Part shown: positions 31,436-42,475 of the stretch, one piece after another | How positions within the stretch are numbered: the stretch's first letter is position 1 | Layout of the letters: every line of letters begins with the position of its first letter | Assembly: GCA_963662265.2 (NCBI GenBank) | Contig: CAXXHA010000008.1 | Span: forward strand, 32,001-96,000 | Direction of reading: 5' to 3' | Length of the DNA: 64,000 nucleotides | DNA from: Spirochaetia bacterium | GTDB taxonomy: Bacteria; Spirochaetota; Spirochaetia; CADAEX01 | Program-made: the position numbers and the translations under genes | The notes under the pieces: model-generated | What the model was told of the DNA's origin: nothing | Seen by the model: the letters and a program-made list of their open reading frames with translations, nothing else | Database searches by the model: none

Positions 31436-31443
31436 TATTGTCA

Positions 31444-32895
31444 TTATGATAAAGCTATTTCTCTAAATCGTTCCTGTAATAAATTCTCGGAGAATTCAAT
31501 TCCTTTTTCTTCATAATTCATGAGCATACTAATAAGATCATCGTCAACTAAAGGAATTATCAATCCTCTTTCATCTTTATAAGTATCTCTGCAACGTTTA
31601 ATAAATTTATTCATATTATCAATTTTGCGACACAAAATAATACCAAATTTTCCACGGTTAGGACTAAATCTACCGGATATTTGATCTAACTCTGGATTAT
31701 TAACATCTCTTGAATAATTTTTGCATTCAACAAAAATAAATGGCGAAGGAATTTGATAAGTATTTGGTAATCTATAAAAAAATCCTCTTTCAGCTGCATT
31801 ATCGAAAGAAATATCAATTCTTTTTCTTCCATCGTGGATTTCTTTTTCTATCTGAGGAGATGTTAACTGAGGATAAAAAACTAATTCCAATATTCCTATA
31901 CAAAGCCTATGATATTTAGTTGCATCATCATTTCCAGGTTTTATTTCATCAATCAACTTTATTAAATAATCTATAATTTGTTTCAATAAATCAGGAGTTA
32001 ATTCTTCATTTCTAAGAGTTCTTACTTGATTTTTTGTATCCATTTTAAATTTTTCAAACACTTTAGGATGTTTTTTTGTAAAACTTGCTAAAAAATCTTT
32101 TGTTATATGTCCTATATCTTCTCTTATACTTTTTTTTGTTACATATTTTTTAATTATTTTTCCTTTTTTATTTCGTTTAATTTTTACTAAATGGGAATCC
32201 ATTTTTAAATGATCATATTGAAGGAAATTTAAAACAAAGTGTGTTGTATATTTTTGTGGAGTATAATCTTTTGAAAAAGAGACAATTCTTTTTGGTACTA
32301 ATAATATTTTCATATTATTAACAATAAGACTTTCAATATATTCATTCTTCCATTCTTGCGTTTTTCTTTCCCAATAAAATCCAGAAGGAACTCCTGCTTG
32401 TAAAGGCATTCCCCACAATTTACACTGATTTATAGTATATTCTATTAGATGTTTCTTAATGATATTTGTTGTTAAATCTGACATTTTATCTTTATCTACA
32501 CCTTCAACAAATATTCTAAAATCTTCAATGTCTTCAACAATTCCAGTTGTTATTGCTTTACTTTTTAATAAATTATCAAATATCTTTTCAGTATCTTTTG
32601 GACCTACACCTCTTCCATTAGGTTTACCTTTAGATAATCCTAAATGTGTTTCATTTGGTTCTTTTAAATGCGAAAAAATGTATTTTGCTTCTTTTATTTG
32701 ATTTGACTGTAAATATGTTAGTAATAATGAAAAGAAGTTTTCAAGAGTTCTATTTGCATTATTTGCCCATGCAAAGTCACATGTTCCTAGATAATAAGGA
32801 TCAATAAATAATGGCATATCACTATCAATATTGATATCTATAAAATCTAATTCATATTGAGTTTTATCTAGTTTAAAATACTTACTAATATTCAT
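31444..32895 (-). CDS. Hypothetical protein with a C-terminal PD-(D/E)XK nuclease-like motif
   Basis: 483 aa; RIDISF...FVECKNYS. Confidence 0.65.
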   Translation of the reverse strand: MNISKYFKLDKTQYELDFIDINIDSDMPLFIDPYYLGTCDFAWANNANRTLENFFSLLLTYLQSNQIKEAKYIFSHLKEPNETHLGLSKGKPNGRGVGPKDTEKIFDNLLKSKAITTGIVEDIEDFRIFVEGVDKDKMSDLTTNIIKKHLIEYTINQCKLWGMPLQAGVPSGFYWERKTQEWKNEYIESLIVNNMKILLVPKRIVSFSKDYTPQKYTTHFVLNFLQYDHLKMDSHLVKIKRNKKGKIIKKYVTKKSIREDIGHITKDFLASFTKKHPKVFEKFKMDTKNQVRTLRNEELTPDLLKQIIDYLIKLIDEIKPGNDDATKYHRLCIGILELVFYPQLTSPQIEKEIHDGRKRIDISFDNAAERGFFYRLPNTYQIPSPFIFVECKNYSRDVNNPELDQISGRFSPNRGKFGIILCRKIDNMNKFIKRCRDTYKDERGLIIPLVDDDLISMLMNYEEKGIEFSENLLQERFREIALS

Positions 32896-32995
32896 ACTTT
32901 TTCCTAAATATTTTAATTATTGATAATATTATAATTGTACACCCAAATATTAAAATCAGACAGATAAAGTTATATGTTACTAAATATTTACAATA

Positions 32996-33095
32996 TAACA
33001 CCCAGTTGAGCTGTTTGTCTGTCCCGAAGGGTTGGCGCGTGTTCTTGCTCTGCAAGAACCGTGACAAAAGACAAATCTGCTCCAACTTTTTGTTA
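32996..33095 (-). repeat. attC
   Basis: Conserved arms. Confidence 0.92.
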
Positions 33096-33175
33096 CACGA
33101 TTTATTCTTCAATATTTGAATATATAGTATAAATAATCATTCTTAAGTAATCCCTGATATATTATGTAAATAATT

Positions 33176-33517
33176 TTAAGCCTGGATAACACATCCCCAA
33201 CCATTATATTCTACATCAAATAATTTACTAATACATACAAATAAAGCTGAAATTGAACATAATATATTTTGTTGAATAAGCATATCAATAAAAACATTTA
33301 ATCTATAATCATTTTCATCAATATACTGTATTTCCGTTTTCCCATAATTATTATCTGTAATAAAATCTGCTACAATATTTAGTTTATCATTATCCTCAGA
33401 AGAAAATGTAAAATCTACAGTTCTTGATTTATTAAAATCATCTCCTTTTTTATCCAAGCTAAATAGAGTTTTTGTATCTTCCTCTGATATTTCTAATAAT
33501 TCTTCAACTAATTTCAT
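33176..33517 (-). CDS. RraB-like (ribonuclease E inhibitor-like) protein
   Basis: L...GDD....R.VDF.F ... Y.GWGC pattern. Confidence 0.7.
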   Translation of the reverse strand: MKLVEELLEISEEDTKTLFSLDKKGDDFNKSRTVDFTFSSEDNDKLNIVADFITDNNYGKTEIQYIDENDYRLNVFIDMLIQQNILCSISALFVCISKLFDVEYNGWGCVIQA

Positions 33518-33562
33518 TTTTAGTCCTATATTTATTTTTTATTAATATTTTTAATCTTAAAA

Positions 33563-33784
33563 TTAATAAGCATGATAATAAATAAATAATAATGCAAGAT
33601 AAAGTATTAAAATTAATCCTGACATTATTATTAACATTATTGAATATTTCACTGCAAGTTTGTTAGTAATTGTATATACTTTATAAAAAGCATAAATTGA
33701 AATAGATTTATTTTTTATACCATTTAAACCTTTAATCAAATTATAAAGTATTAAAGTAATAAAAATTAGGCCTAATAAAAACAT
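33563..33784 (-). CDS. Small membrane protein
   Basis: Two hydrophobic segments. Confidence 0.55.
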   Translation of the reverse strand: MFLLGLIFITLILYNLIKGLNGIKNKSISIYAFYKVYTITNKLAVKYSIMLIIMSGLILILYLALLFIYYHAY

Positions 33785-33921
33785 ATTTATAGTATTCCTA
33801 TTAAAAAATATTTTTTACAATTGATACTATCATATAGTATTTTTTAGATATTTATATCTTTATTTTGACAATCATATAAATAATATTCTTTGTTTTATCT
33901 AAAAAGCCCTGTAAGGGCGTG

Positions 33922-34051
33922 TAACGACGATTTGAGTAGCAAAATTGATCGGCGTCTTCGCCGAATTGTCACGATTCTGGAGTGAGCGATCAGCGAACGT
34001 CTTTAGCCAGAATCGTGACAATAAATTTTGACTACTCCAAATCTCTTGTTA
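33922..34051 (-). repeat. attC, divergent type
   Basis: TAAC..GATTTGAGTAG/CTACTCCAAATC..GTTA with branched inner hairpins. Confidence 0.85.
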
Positions 34052-34135
34052 TGTGCCGTTTATTATATATAAATATTCCTACATCTCACTATATAATTCT
34101 TTTTCCCTTTTTTATTACTCCCAATTTATATTCGT

Positions 34136-34600
34136 TTAATGATTCAAAACTATATTTTCATAATAAGATAAAATCTCTTTTTTATTCCAATTTCTTTGTA
34201 TCCATATACTTAAATTCATATGTACTACATGCCATGTTGCTGATACTTTTGTATTTTCAACAACATTTGTCTCTCTCATATGATAGATGGCAATTTTAGA
34301 GGCCATTATTGACATATCAGTAAATGGAAATTCATTTATATTTTCATTTGAACAAGATAAAATACCTCCCATTAACCATTTATACATCCAATATGGAGTT
34401 AATTTATGAAATTCATCAATATCTATATTTGGTTCATATAATTCCCATTTTTTTTCAAAATCTGTTTCAGTTATGGAACTAGATACTTTTTGTGGATAAT
34501 TATCAATATATGATAATGCATTATAATATACGAAAATAGGTAATAAAATTATAAATAGTACTATTATAATAATAACTATACCTAAAATTTTCTTAATCAT
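34136..34600 (-). CDS. Hypothetical membrane-anchored protein
   Basis: N-terminal TM segment. Confidence 0.65.
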   Translation of the reverse strand: MIKKILGIVIIIIVLFIILLPIFVYYNALSYIDNYPQKVSSSITETDFEKKWELYEPNIDIDEFHKLTPYWMYKWLMGGILSCSNENINEFPFTDMSIMASKIAIYHMRETNVVENTKVSATWHVVHMNLSIWIQRNWNKKEILSYYENIVLNH

Positions 34601-35069
34601 TTAGATTACCATGTCTTATTAATCTATTAGTAATTAAAAGTGCAATCATCATAATATATCCAATTATCCATATTGAACTTACCAATTTTATCGTATTTTC
34701 ATTTGCTATTGTAAAATCACTAAATGGCCAAAATATTCTCAAATCTTTATGCATCAAGGAATCTAAAAATAGATGTGATAAAACACCTGCTTCTCCACCT
34801 AATATGTATGAAATTATTGTAACGTCCTTAATTCTTATTTTTTTCATTATTATACCAAATATAATTGATACTGGTAGCATAATTGCGGAACCACCAATTA
34901 TCGTATGGCTGAATCCATGCAATTCGAAGTTACAATCAAAAAAAACAACCAAAAATGGCTGTATATCAATTATTATATTTGATATTACACACATTGGAAT
35001 ATTTATATATTTCTTTAGAATCATCCCAAAGCTTGCATTTTAACCAAAATGTAAAGGTGTTATTGGCAT
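34593..35069 (-). pseudogene. Membrane metal-dependent hydrolase-like gene with an in-frame TAA at codon 10
   Basis: MPITPLHFG*...DIQP..LHGFSHT..SHLFLDSLMH.D...WPF; stop at 35040-35042. Confidence 0.65.
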
Positions 35070-35142
35070 TCGACCCTTCTTACTTATGAATGTTTTATTA
35101 TATTTCATCTTCTAAAGATGTAGAATCACTTTTTCGTGCACA

Positions 35143-35247
35143 TAACGCCCAGTTGAGCTGCTTCGCAGTACCAATAAAACATACTTCTTTGCTGCTGAAA
35201 TAATCCTGAAAGAAAAAAGTCGCGAAGTCTGCTCCAACTGATTGTTA
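35143..35247 (-). repeat. attC, intermediate type
   Basis: CTTCGC/GCGAAG inner stem. Confidence 0.88.
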
Positions 35248-35259
35248 TCTTTTATATTT

Positions 35260-36315
35260 TTAAAATGGTATATCAATACATTCATCAAATATTTTTTCTA
35301 TTGTAAATTCATCTAATTTTCTCAAGGAATTATAAAGCTTTTGTTTTTTATCAGTTTCGATCTTTTCTAATTTATCCAGATCACCATTTACAACTATTGC
35401 ACGATTACTCTTATTATTAATTAAAAAAGTACAATTTCTATCTAAATTATTTCTACTGTCATGAATTCTAATATTATTTTCTAAATCAATTTCTGAAAAC
35501 ATTGTCATAAAATCATACCAGTTTTCATTTTCTTTTATACTTTGTTTAAATAACTCTATTGAAATTGCATAATTATCTATACTTAATTCTTTTTTAATTG
35601 TAATGAAGAATTGTTTTGCATTATTCTCATTATCTAAATCTAAAATTACTTTATCAGCATCGTCTTTATTAACAGATCTTAATATATTTTTCGTTAAATC
35701 TTCAATTTTTTCATTTATTGCAGAAATTGATGTTAATGCATTTTGAGTTTTTTCGTAAATTTGATATTGACTCCTTTGAACAAGAAAATCATAAAACATA
35801 CCAGACCATTGTTTTCTTAGATAGTTTTTTATTTCATTAGTATACTGAAAACTAAAATATCCATTATTTACTTTTGAAGATCTAACTAAATCTATAAATT
35901 TGAATATATTTATAGCAAAATCTTGTTTTTCAATTGATGGAAAAATAATTTGATTAGCATTTTCTTTATTTTTTATATATATCCGATGATCTTCATTTAC
36001 TTCGTTTTTGACAAATGTAAATACAGGAATATTCAATTCTTTAGCGGCAATATATTCAGCATTGACAATAGATTTATTAATATCTGCAATATAATTACCA
36101 CCAAATCGTCCTCCGATGATTAATATAAATAGCTGACAATTTTGTATTTCTTTTATACATGCATCATGAGTATGTAAATCAGGATGATAAAATACATCGC
36201 CTTTTTCACTAAGAATTGTATCAAATCCGAATGATTTAACAAATTCAATAAGATTATCTCTTACATCTGCTAAATCATAACATGTTGAACTTATAAAAAC
36301 TTTTGGGCAAGCCAT
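35260..36315 (-). CDS. DUF4062 domain protein
   Basis: KVFISSTCYDL..R..L, ILIIGGRFG, EY..A. Confidence 0.88.
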   Translation of the reverse strand: MACPKVFISSTCYDLADVRDNLIEFVKSFGFDTILSEKGDVFYHPDLHTHDACIKEIQNCQLFILIIGGRFGGNYIADINKSIVNAEYIAAKELNIPVFTFVKNEVNEDHRIYIKNKENANQIIFPSIEKQDFAINIFKFIDLVRSSKVNNGYFSFQYTNEIKNYLRKQWSGMFYDFLVQRSQYQIYEKTQNALTSISAINEKIEDLTKNILRSVNKDDADKVILDLDNENNAKQFFITIKKELSIDNYAISIELFKQSIKENENWYDFMTMFSEIDLENNIRIHDSRNNLDRNCTFLINNKSNRAIVVNGDLDKLEKIETDKKQKLYNSLRKLDEFTIEKIFDECIDIPF

Positions 36316-36452
36316 TTTATACTCCTAATATTTTTAATATTATACTTATTTTAGTTAGATATTAATATTTCTACAACTTTTATATTAATAATATTCATTT
36401 ATGTTAACATAAATACTTATCATTCAAAGTTATTGGACATTTTGAATAAAGA

Positions 36453-36554
36453 TAACGCCAAGTTGAGCTGTTTGACTGATCCCGAAGGGTTGGCGCGTGT
36501 TCTTGCAAAAGCAAGAACCGTGACAAAAGTCAAATCTGCTCCAACTTTTTGTTA
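36453..36554 (-). repeat. attC
   Basis: Conserved arms. Confidence 0.92.
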
Positions 36555-36665
36555 TCCGTTTCATCATTCCATGATAATATCCATAGACTTAATTAATTTT
36601 ATAAAATAATTTTTTCAATAAACATAATGTTTTTCAGGGTGGAGCTTTTATTATTAATCCTTAAA

Positions 36666-37160
36666 TTACTGAATCTCCTTCCCCATCCAAACAACACTAA
36701 AATATCTTCCAAATTTTTTTCCAATATTTTTAAATATTCCATATTCTATAAATCCATTCTTTTTATGGAATTTTATACTATTATTATTTTCTGAACAAAT
36801 ACTTGCTAATATTTTTTTTATTCCCATTTTTTCAGCTTCAGTTTCAAGTTTATTTAAAGCTTGTTTTCCAATTCCTTTACCTGTATATTCATGATGTATA
36901 AAATACATAATTTCAGCAACTTCGGAAAAAGTAGATAAAGATATATGAGGTTTAAGCATACAAAATCCCAGAATTTTATTTTTATCATCTTTAATTGCAA
37001 ACCCAGGATATTTTTTAGTTACTTCAAGAAAATTTAGGAAATGATCTTTTTTAACAGTATTTTCTCTATATGCAGCTGTTGTTTCTTTTATATAATAATT
37101 AAATATTTCCATTACATCATTTTGATGTTCAATACTTAATTTTTCAAATTTACATTCCAT
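36666..37160 (-). CDS. GNAT N-acetyltransferase (phosphinothricin-acetyltransferase-like)
   Basis: IFNYYI, GKGIG, N..SIKFH.K.GF, G.KFG. Confidence 0.88.
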   Translation of the reverse strand: MECKFEKLSIEHQNDVMEIFNYYIKETTAAYRENTVKKDHFLNFLEVTKKYPGFAIKDDKNKILGFCMLKPHISLSTFSEVAEIMYFIHHEYTGKGIGKQALNKLETEAEKMGIKKILASICSENNNSIKFHKKNGFIEYGIFKNIGKKFGRYFSVVWMGKEIQ

Positions 37161-37496
37161 ATTTACTTCTCCACAAATATTATTCTTTTCAATATTTATT
37201 ATTTTTGATTTATAAAATATTTTTCATTAATTCTTAAAGTTGATTTTTTATCATGATGCAAAGTATATAATTTGATAGGTGTAAAATTATAATAATCCTC
37301 TAATAATGACTTATTGGATTTATTAAATATCATATTTTTTCCCATATATCTTATATTATCATTTTTTTCAATATTTCTCTATTTTCTTAATCTCGAAGCT
37401 TGTTAAATATTCTTTTTTATTTCAAAGATCATGGATTTCATAATTTTTACGGTTTATTTTATCAGTTTTGCTATATTTACCGCCCGAAGGGCCGGA

Positions 37497-37683
37497 TAAC
37501 ACCAAGTTGAGCTGCACCGGTGGTTCCTGAGCGAAGCGAAGGATTGGCATGTGTTTTTGCATTCATTTCTTTGCTTTGAAAGCAAATCTGGAAGTAGTAA
37601 ATAACTGCTGCAATTCTTTTATAATTCTACTTTTTTCCTGCAAAAACCATGACAAAACCGGGGTCTGCTCCAACTTTTTGTTA
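37497..37683 (-). repeat. attC, long type
   Basis: Conserved arms with an AT-rich insert. Confidence 0.9.
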
Positions 37684-38118
37684 TATTCTAAATCCTCGCA
37701 AGGTCAAATGGCAAGTTCTTTTTCCCCATTTTCCAACCCGAAGATATTCTGCAGATCTTCAATATTTCTATTCAGAACTGCCAGGCGATCATTTCGGCAG
37801 GGCTCACCGCCCAGACTTTTGCACCCCAATCGTTCGGCGATCCTCGGAAATAATCAAGCCCTTAAATTCCTACCCTATATTGGACGGCATCGGCGCTGGC
37901 CATTTCGCCAAAAAGAAGATCAAGAAAACAAACGCTTTTCAAAATTGAAAGCAATATGTGCGAAATGCACCCGCCCAAAATTTCTTTCCCTAAATTGGCA
38001 GGCTCTGGAGGATGGCGGGCCTCAAAATGCTGCAAGCCATTTCCCAAAAAATCCTTAATTTTTATACGTCTACCAGTTTATTGGCAGTTTTTACGGTTTC
38101 CGCTAACTTGTGTGAATA
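37684..38118. other. Gene-less cassette body, family C
   Basis: Allele of 15867 and 45044. Confidence 0.87.
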
Positions 38119-38231
38119 TAACGGCCGCATGACCTGCAAACCTGGCCTGAGGTAATCCGAAGGATTGGCGCGGTTCTTGCCTGAGCAAGAATCCGTGCCA
38201 AAAAGGTTTGACTGGTCAATGCGATTTGTTA
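38119..38231 (-). repeat. attC, divergent type
   Basis: TAAC..CGCATGACC/GGTCAATGCG..GTTA. Confidence 0.82.
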
Positions 38232-38249
38232 AATGCCCATAGTTAGTAA

Positions 38250-38807
38250 TCAATTATATTTTGCTGTAACCAAACATCTTTTACCTGTAGAACCAGATGA
38301 TTTATCAATCTCAATAATAACTTCTCTTATTGATTCAGCAATCTTTTCTGAGACGTTAAGATTTTCTATAACAAAGCAATTATGAAACTCACATTTCTTA
38401 TCAAAGGATATGTGCTCCTCTCCATGGCTGCCTATACCATAACTATCGATCATAATGAACGATGGATGTTTTGACAAAAGCTGATCTAAGACTTCTTCTT
38501 TTAAAATAGTACATTTTGCTCCATACTCAGGTGTTCCATAACCATTTTTCTCCAAATTTCCTGTATAAAGGAGAACCGCCTTACCTGAAATATCAAGCGA
38601 TGATAATTCGTTGCTTAAAGGCATTTTATCCAAGCAGTTTACTGTTACAACCTCTAATTCAAAATGCGTTTTATCTGGTACTTTACTATAACAATCTATA
38701 TGAGTTCCTATATGCCCAAAAGCATTTACAGAATCAGACTGGTTCTTTGCCCAAATATATGAAGGATGTTCTGAGTTAATCTCTATGCTTAATTTTATTT
38801 CATTCAT
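38250..38807 (-). CDS. Cyclase family protein
   Basis: GHIGTHID motif, VIENL. Confidence 0.8.
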   Translation of the reverse strand: MNEIKLSIEINSEHPSYIWAKNQSDSVNAFGHIGTHIDCYSKVPDKTHFELEVVTVNCLDKMPLSNELSSLDISGKAVLLYTGNLEKNGYGTPEYGAKCTILKEEVLDQLLSKHPSFIMIDSYGIGSHGEEHISFDKKCEFHNCFVIENLNVSEKIAESIREVIIEIDKSSGSTGKRCLVTAKYN

Positions 38808-38936
38808 ACTGTATACCTCTCAACAAACCTTATATTAATTATCAAAATTGATAAATTCAATATTTAGTCAGTCGTTTCTAGATCTTTTTTAATTTTTCAA
38901 GATTTATCAAAGGCACATGAAAAATCAAGGTGCATT

Positions 38937-39124
38937 TAACGCCAAGTTGAGCTGCTCCGGCGGTGCCTGAGCGAAGCGAAGGATTGGCATGTGTTTTTGC
39001 ATTTATACTTTGCTGTTAGAAAAATATGTAAAATAAGTGTTTTTTAGCTGCATATTTTTAATAATTCTACTTTTTTTCCTGCAAAAACCATGTCAAAGCC
39101 GGGGTCTGCTCCAACTTATTGTTA
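38937..39124 (-). repeat. attC, long type
   Basis: Same as 13277 copy. Confidence 0.9.
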
Positions 39125-39526
39125 CATTCTAAATCCTCGTAAGATCAATTAGCAAGTTCTTTTTATCCATTTTTTAACCCAAATATATCCTGCAGATCTT
39201 AATTATTTTGCATTTTTTATGCAGGGAGTATACCAAAACATAATCCTTGGATAACCGTCACAATATTTTTTCGGCTCGCTCTTTTTCGGCTGAAAAGCGC
39301 TTAGCTGTTTTTTCATTAAACAGTTATATCTTTTATTTTCGATTGTAAAAGGCTGTCCACACAAAACTATACTCTAACCTCTTTTTGAATCTGGATTGAA
39401 TCAAAACAAAATCGCTTTTCTGCCGAGAGGGTCTCAAGATGATGCATACAATCCTAAAAATATCTTTTTTATCACTTCTACCACAATATCGCCAGTTTTT
39501 ACTGTTTCCAATAACTTTTGTGTATG
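39125..39526. other. Gene-less cassette body, family A
   Basis: Copy of 13465-13866. Confidence 0.87.
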
Positions 39527-39711
39527 TAACGCCAAGTTGAGCTGCACCGGTATGCCTGAGCGAAGCGAAGGATTGGCATGTGTTTTTGCTTAATTTCTCT
39601 GCTTTAAAAACAGATCTGGAAGTAGTAAATAATTGCTGCAATTTTCGATAATTCTACTTTTTTTCCTGCAAAAAACATGACAAAACCGGGGTCTGCTCCA
39701 ACTTTTTGTTA
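39527..39711 (-). repeat. attC, long type
   Basis: Same as 12738 copy. Confidence 0.9.
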
Positions 39712-40065
39712 TATTCTAAATTCTCTTTTGTTTTTTTAACAACGCCAAAATAGTTCAAGTATCCAGACTTTCACAATTATATCATAAACCTTTACGTGTT
39801 TCACTTTCAGAAACAAAAGGCCATTATTTTCTTCCTGCGCGGGCTCAGCGTGGGGAGTTGGCCCCATTTCCACGAATCGCGTGGGCAATTATCGCCAAAC
39901 TTCACCACCCTCTATCCCTGCCAGGGTCGTGGAAATGTCTACCCTAGATTGGACTGTCAGGGATCGCCAGGTAGCCAGGACACCAATAATCCGGTCTGAA
40001 CCAATTCCATCCAACTTTTCCCAAATTCAGCTACGTTTTACAGCTCCTCAAATTTTGGTGGAATA
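39712..40065. other. Gene-less cassette body, family B
   Basis: Copy of 12923-13276. Confidence 0.88.
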
Positions 40066-40255
40066 TAACGCCCAGTTGAGCTGCTCCGGTGTGCCTGAAG
40101 CGAAGCTGAAGGATTGGCATGTCTTTTTGCATTTATATGTTTGCTTTTAAAACATCAACTTAAGGATTCAAATAACTGCTACAATTTTTTTTATAACTCT
40201 ACTTTTTCTATGCAAAAAGCATGACTAAACCGGGGTCTGCTCCAACTGATTGTTA
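40066..40255 (-). repeat. attC, long type
   Basis: Near-identical to 27385 copy. Confidence 0.9.
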
Positions 40256-40628
40256 TATTCTAAACCCTCGCAAGGTCAATTAGCAAGGCAAGATTTATCT
40301 CTTAACGACCCGCCTATACGCAGTTGCTCTTTCAATAATTCGAAACAAAACAGCCAGGAGATCATTTCCTGACAGGCCATACCTCCCCAATTTTTTTGAC
40401 CCTAACTCGAGGGGCATATCTTGGAAATGATCAAGCCCAAGATTTTACTATTCATGAGTGGGCAGGCATTGTCAGGCCCATTTCACACCCCAGATTTTCT
40501 TTCCCTAATGGTCGGCTGCGCAGGATGAAGGGGCTTAAGACGCTGCAAACAATCCCCAAAAAAATCTTTTTCAAACTGTTTACCCGTTTATTGAGTGTTT
40601 TAATGGTTTCCACTAACTTTTGTGAATA
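40256..40628. other. Gene-less cassette body, family D
   Basis: Copy of 27576-27948. Confidence 0.87.
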
Positions 40629-40728
40629 TAACGCCCAGTTGAGCTGTTTGTCTGTCCCAAAGGGTTGGCGCGTGTTCTTGCTCTGCAAGAACCGTGACAA
40701 AAGACAAATCTGCTCCAACTTTTTGTTA
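40629..40728 (-). repeat. attC
   Basis: Conserved arms. Confidence 0.92.
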
Positions 40729-40738
40729 TCTATTTTTT

Positions 40739-41620
40739 TCAAAAATAAGATATTATTCTTCTTTCTGATGTTATTAATTCAAATATTCTATCATTTTTTC
40801 CCTTATGCATAGTTTTTTTAATAATCCAATTCTTTTTATTGTCAAATGTATATTTATATTTTATTTCATCAGTAACTTTATTATCTTTATATGTTATCTT
40901 AAATCTTATATTTCCATTCTTATATTCTTTTTTACTTTTTAATTCATCATTTATATATTCTTCAGTTGATTTAATTCTTCCTTTTCCATCATAATTATTG
41001 ATAACTACCCAACTACTAACAGCTTCATTAGAAATAATATTAATTTGTCGGATTAAGTCTTTTCCTTCATATTCATTTTCTACTATTATTTTTGTTTTAC
41101 TTTCTGGACTTAAAGTCTTTTGCTTTTTTCTTATAATGAGTTCACCATCGTATTCATAATTTATTAAAGTAATATGCTCTTCTTCCCCATTTATTGTTTC
41201 TTGTTTTATTAAATTTCCAAATTCATCGTATTCAAATGTAGATTCTGAAACCGGGATATCATCTTTTTCAAATATTGTCTTACTATATACGATTTGATCA
41301 TTTTTTTTAGTATTTACAACTATATACTTTCCAAATATTATATCATAACATGATATTTCAATAATATCATTGTTGTACTTACGTTCTTCAGAATAAACAA
41401 TTTCATCATTCAGACTAAATCGTTTATATAAGATTCTTTCCCCATTATTATTTTTTTCTTCAATTTCTCTTTTATACTCATTCCCTAAAATATCACTTTC
41501 AAATATTTCGGTACTCTGTATAATGAAATCGTTTTTTTTATCTGTATTTTCTAGTACACACCCACAAACTATAATTTTCATTATTAGTAGTAGTACTTTT
41601 ACTTCATGTTTTACTTTCAT
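40739..41620 (-). CDS. Putative lipoprotein with YD-like repeats
   Basis: Hydrophobic N-terminus with Cys; FEYDEFGNLIK, NYDGKGRI, YTFDNKKNWI repeats. Confidence 0.65.
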   Translation of the reverse strand: MKVKHEVKVLLLIMKIIVCGCVLENTDKKNDFIIQSTEIFESDILGNEYKREIEEKNNNGERILYKRFSLNDEIVYSEERKYNNDIIEISCYDIIFGKYIVVNTKKNDQIVYSKTIFEKDDIPVSESTFEYDEFGNLIKQETINGEEEHITLINYEYDGELIIRKKQKTLSPESKTKIIVENEYEGKDLIRQINIISNEAVSSWVVINNYDGKGRIKSTEEYINDELKSKKEYKNGNIRFKITYKDNKVTDEIKYKYTFDNKKNWIIKKTMHKGKNDRIFELITSERRIISYF

Positions 41621-41742
41621 TAATTGATCCTACATAATAATTCTCTAATTTTTATTTATTGAAATCGTTTTTAAATCCTTATTTTTATTTAAAATTATAT
41701 CATATTTTCCTTTTATTCTCTAATTTTCCACGAAGTGGTAGA

Positions 41743-41848
41743 TAACGCCAAGTTGAGCAGCTTAGCAATCACTGTAAAACATACTTCTTTGCTGCTTGAA
41801 ATAATCCTGAAAGTAAAAAGTCGCGAAGTCTGTTCAAACTTTTTGTTA
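41743..41848 (-). repeat. attC, intermediate type
   Basis: Arms with some mismatches. Confidence 0.85.
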
Positions 41849-42204
41849 TATTCGAAATTCTTTTTCAGTTTTCAAAACAACACCAAAATAGATCAAGGAT
41901 CAAGATCTTCCCAATTATATCATAATCCTTCACGCGGCTCACTTCCCGAATCAAAAGGCCAGTATTTTCTTCCTGCGTGGGCCCAGCGTGGGCCGAGTTG
42001 GCTCCATTTCCACGAATCGCGTGGGCAATTATTTCCCTACTTCACCGCCCTCAATCCCTGCCAGGCCGTGGAAATGTCTACCCAAGATTGGACTGTCAGG
42101 GATCGCCAGGCAGCCAGGACATCATTAATCCGGTCTGAACCAACATCATCCACTTTTTCCAGAATTCAGCTACGTTTTACAGCTCCCCAAATTTTGGTGG
42201 AATA
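41849..42204. other. Gene-less cassette body, family B (allele 3)
   Basis: Homolog of 13972 and 12923. Confidence 0.87.
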
Positions 42205-42274
42205 TAACGCCTAATTGAGTTGCGCCCTCGCAGGAGCGCAGCGACGAGAAGGCGTCAACTCCAATTTTTTGTTA
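42205..42274 (-). repeat. attC, short type
   Basis: Short-type arms. Confidence 0.9.
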
Positions 42275-42475
42275 CACGAATTATTCTTCCATATATAGAA
42301 TTTCAATCACACGTGTTTCTCTTAAATGTAAGATTTTTCTTCTTTCTATAAGTTGATATTACTCTACCTGAGGTGCCATGTAAACTTTTTTAATAATATA
42401 CAGCTGTTTTATACCATTTTCAGCATATTTACAGCTGCAGTTAATAATCCTTTAACATAGATAATTTTGAGATTT

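Noticed and set aside
37170-37445. Possible ORF upstream of the GNAT gene
   Set aside because: Interrupted by stops after about 24 codons; at best a decayed remnant
37549-38058. 169-aa + strand ORF spanning the long attC and family C body
   Set aside because: Starts inside the attC; the equivalent frame stops early in the 15680 copy and is shifted in the 44858 copy
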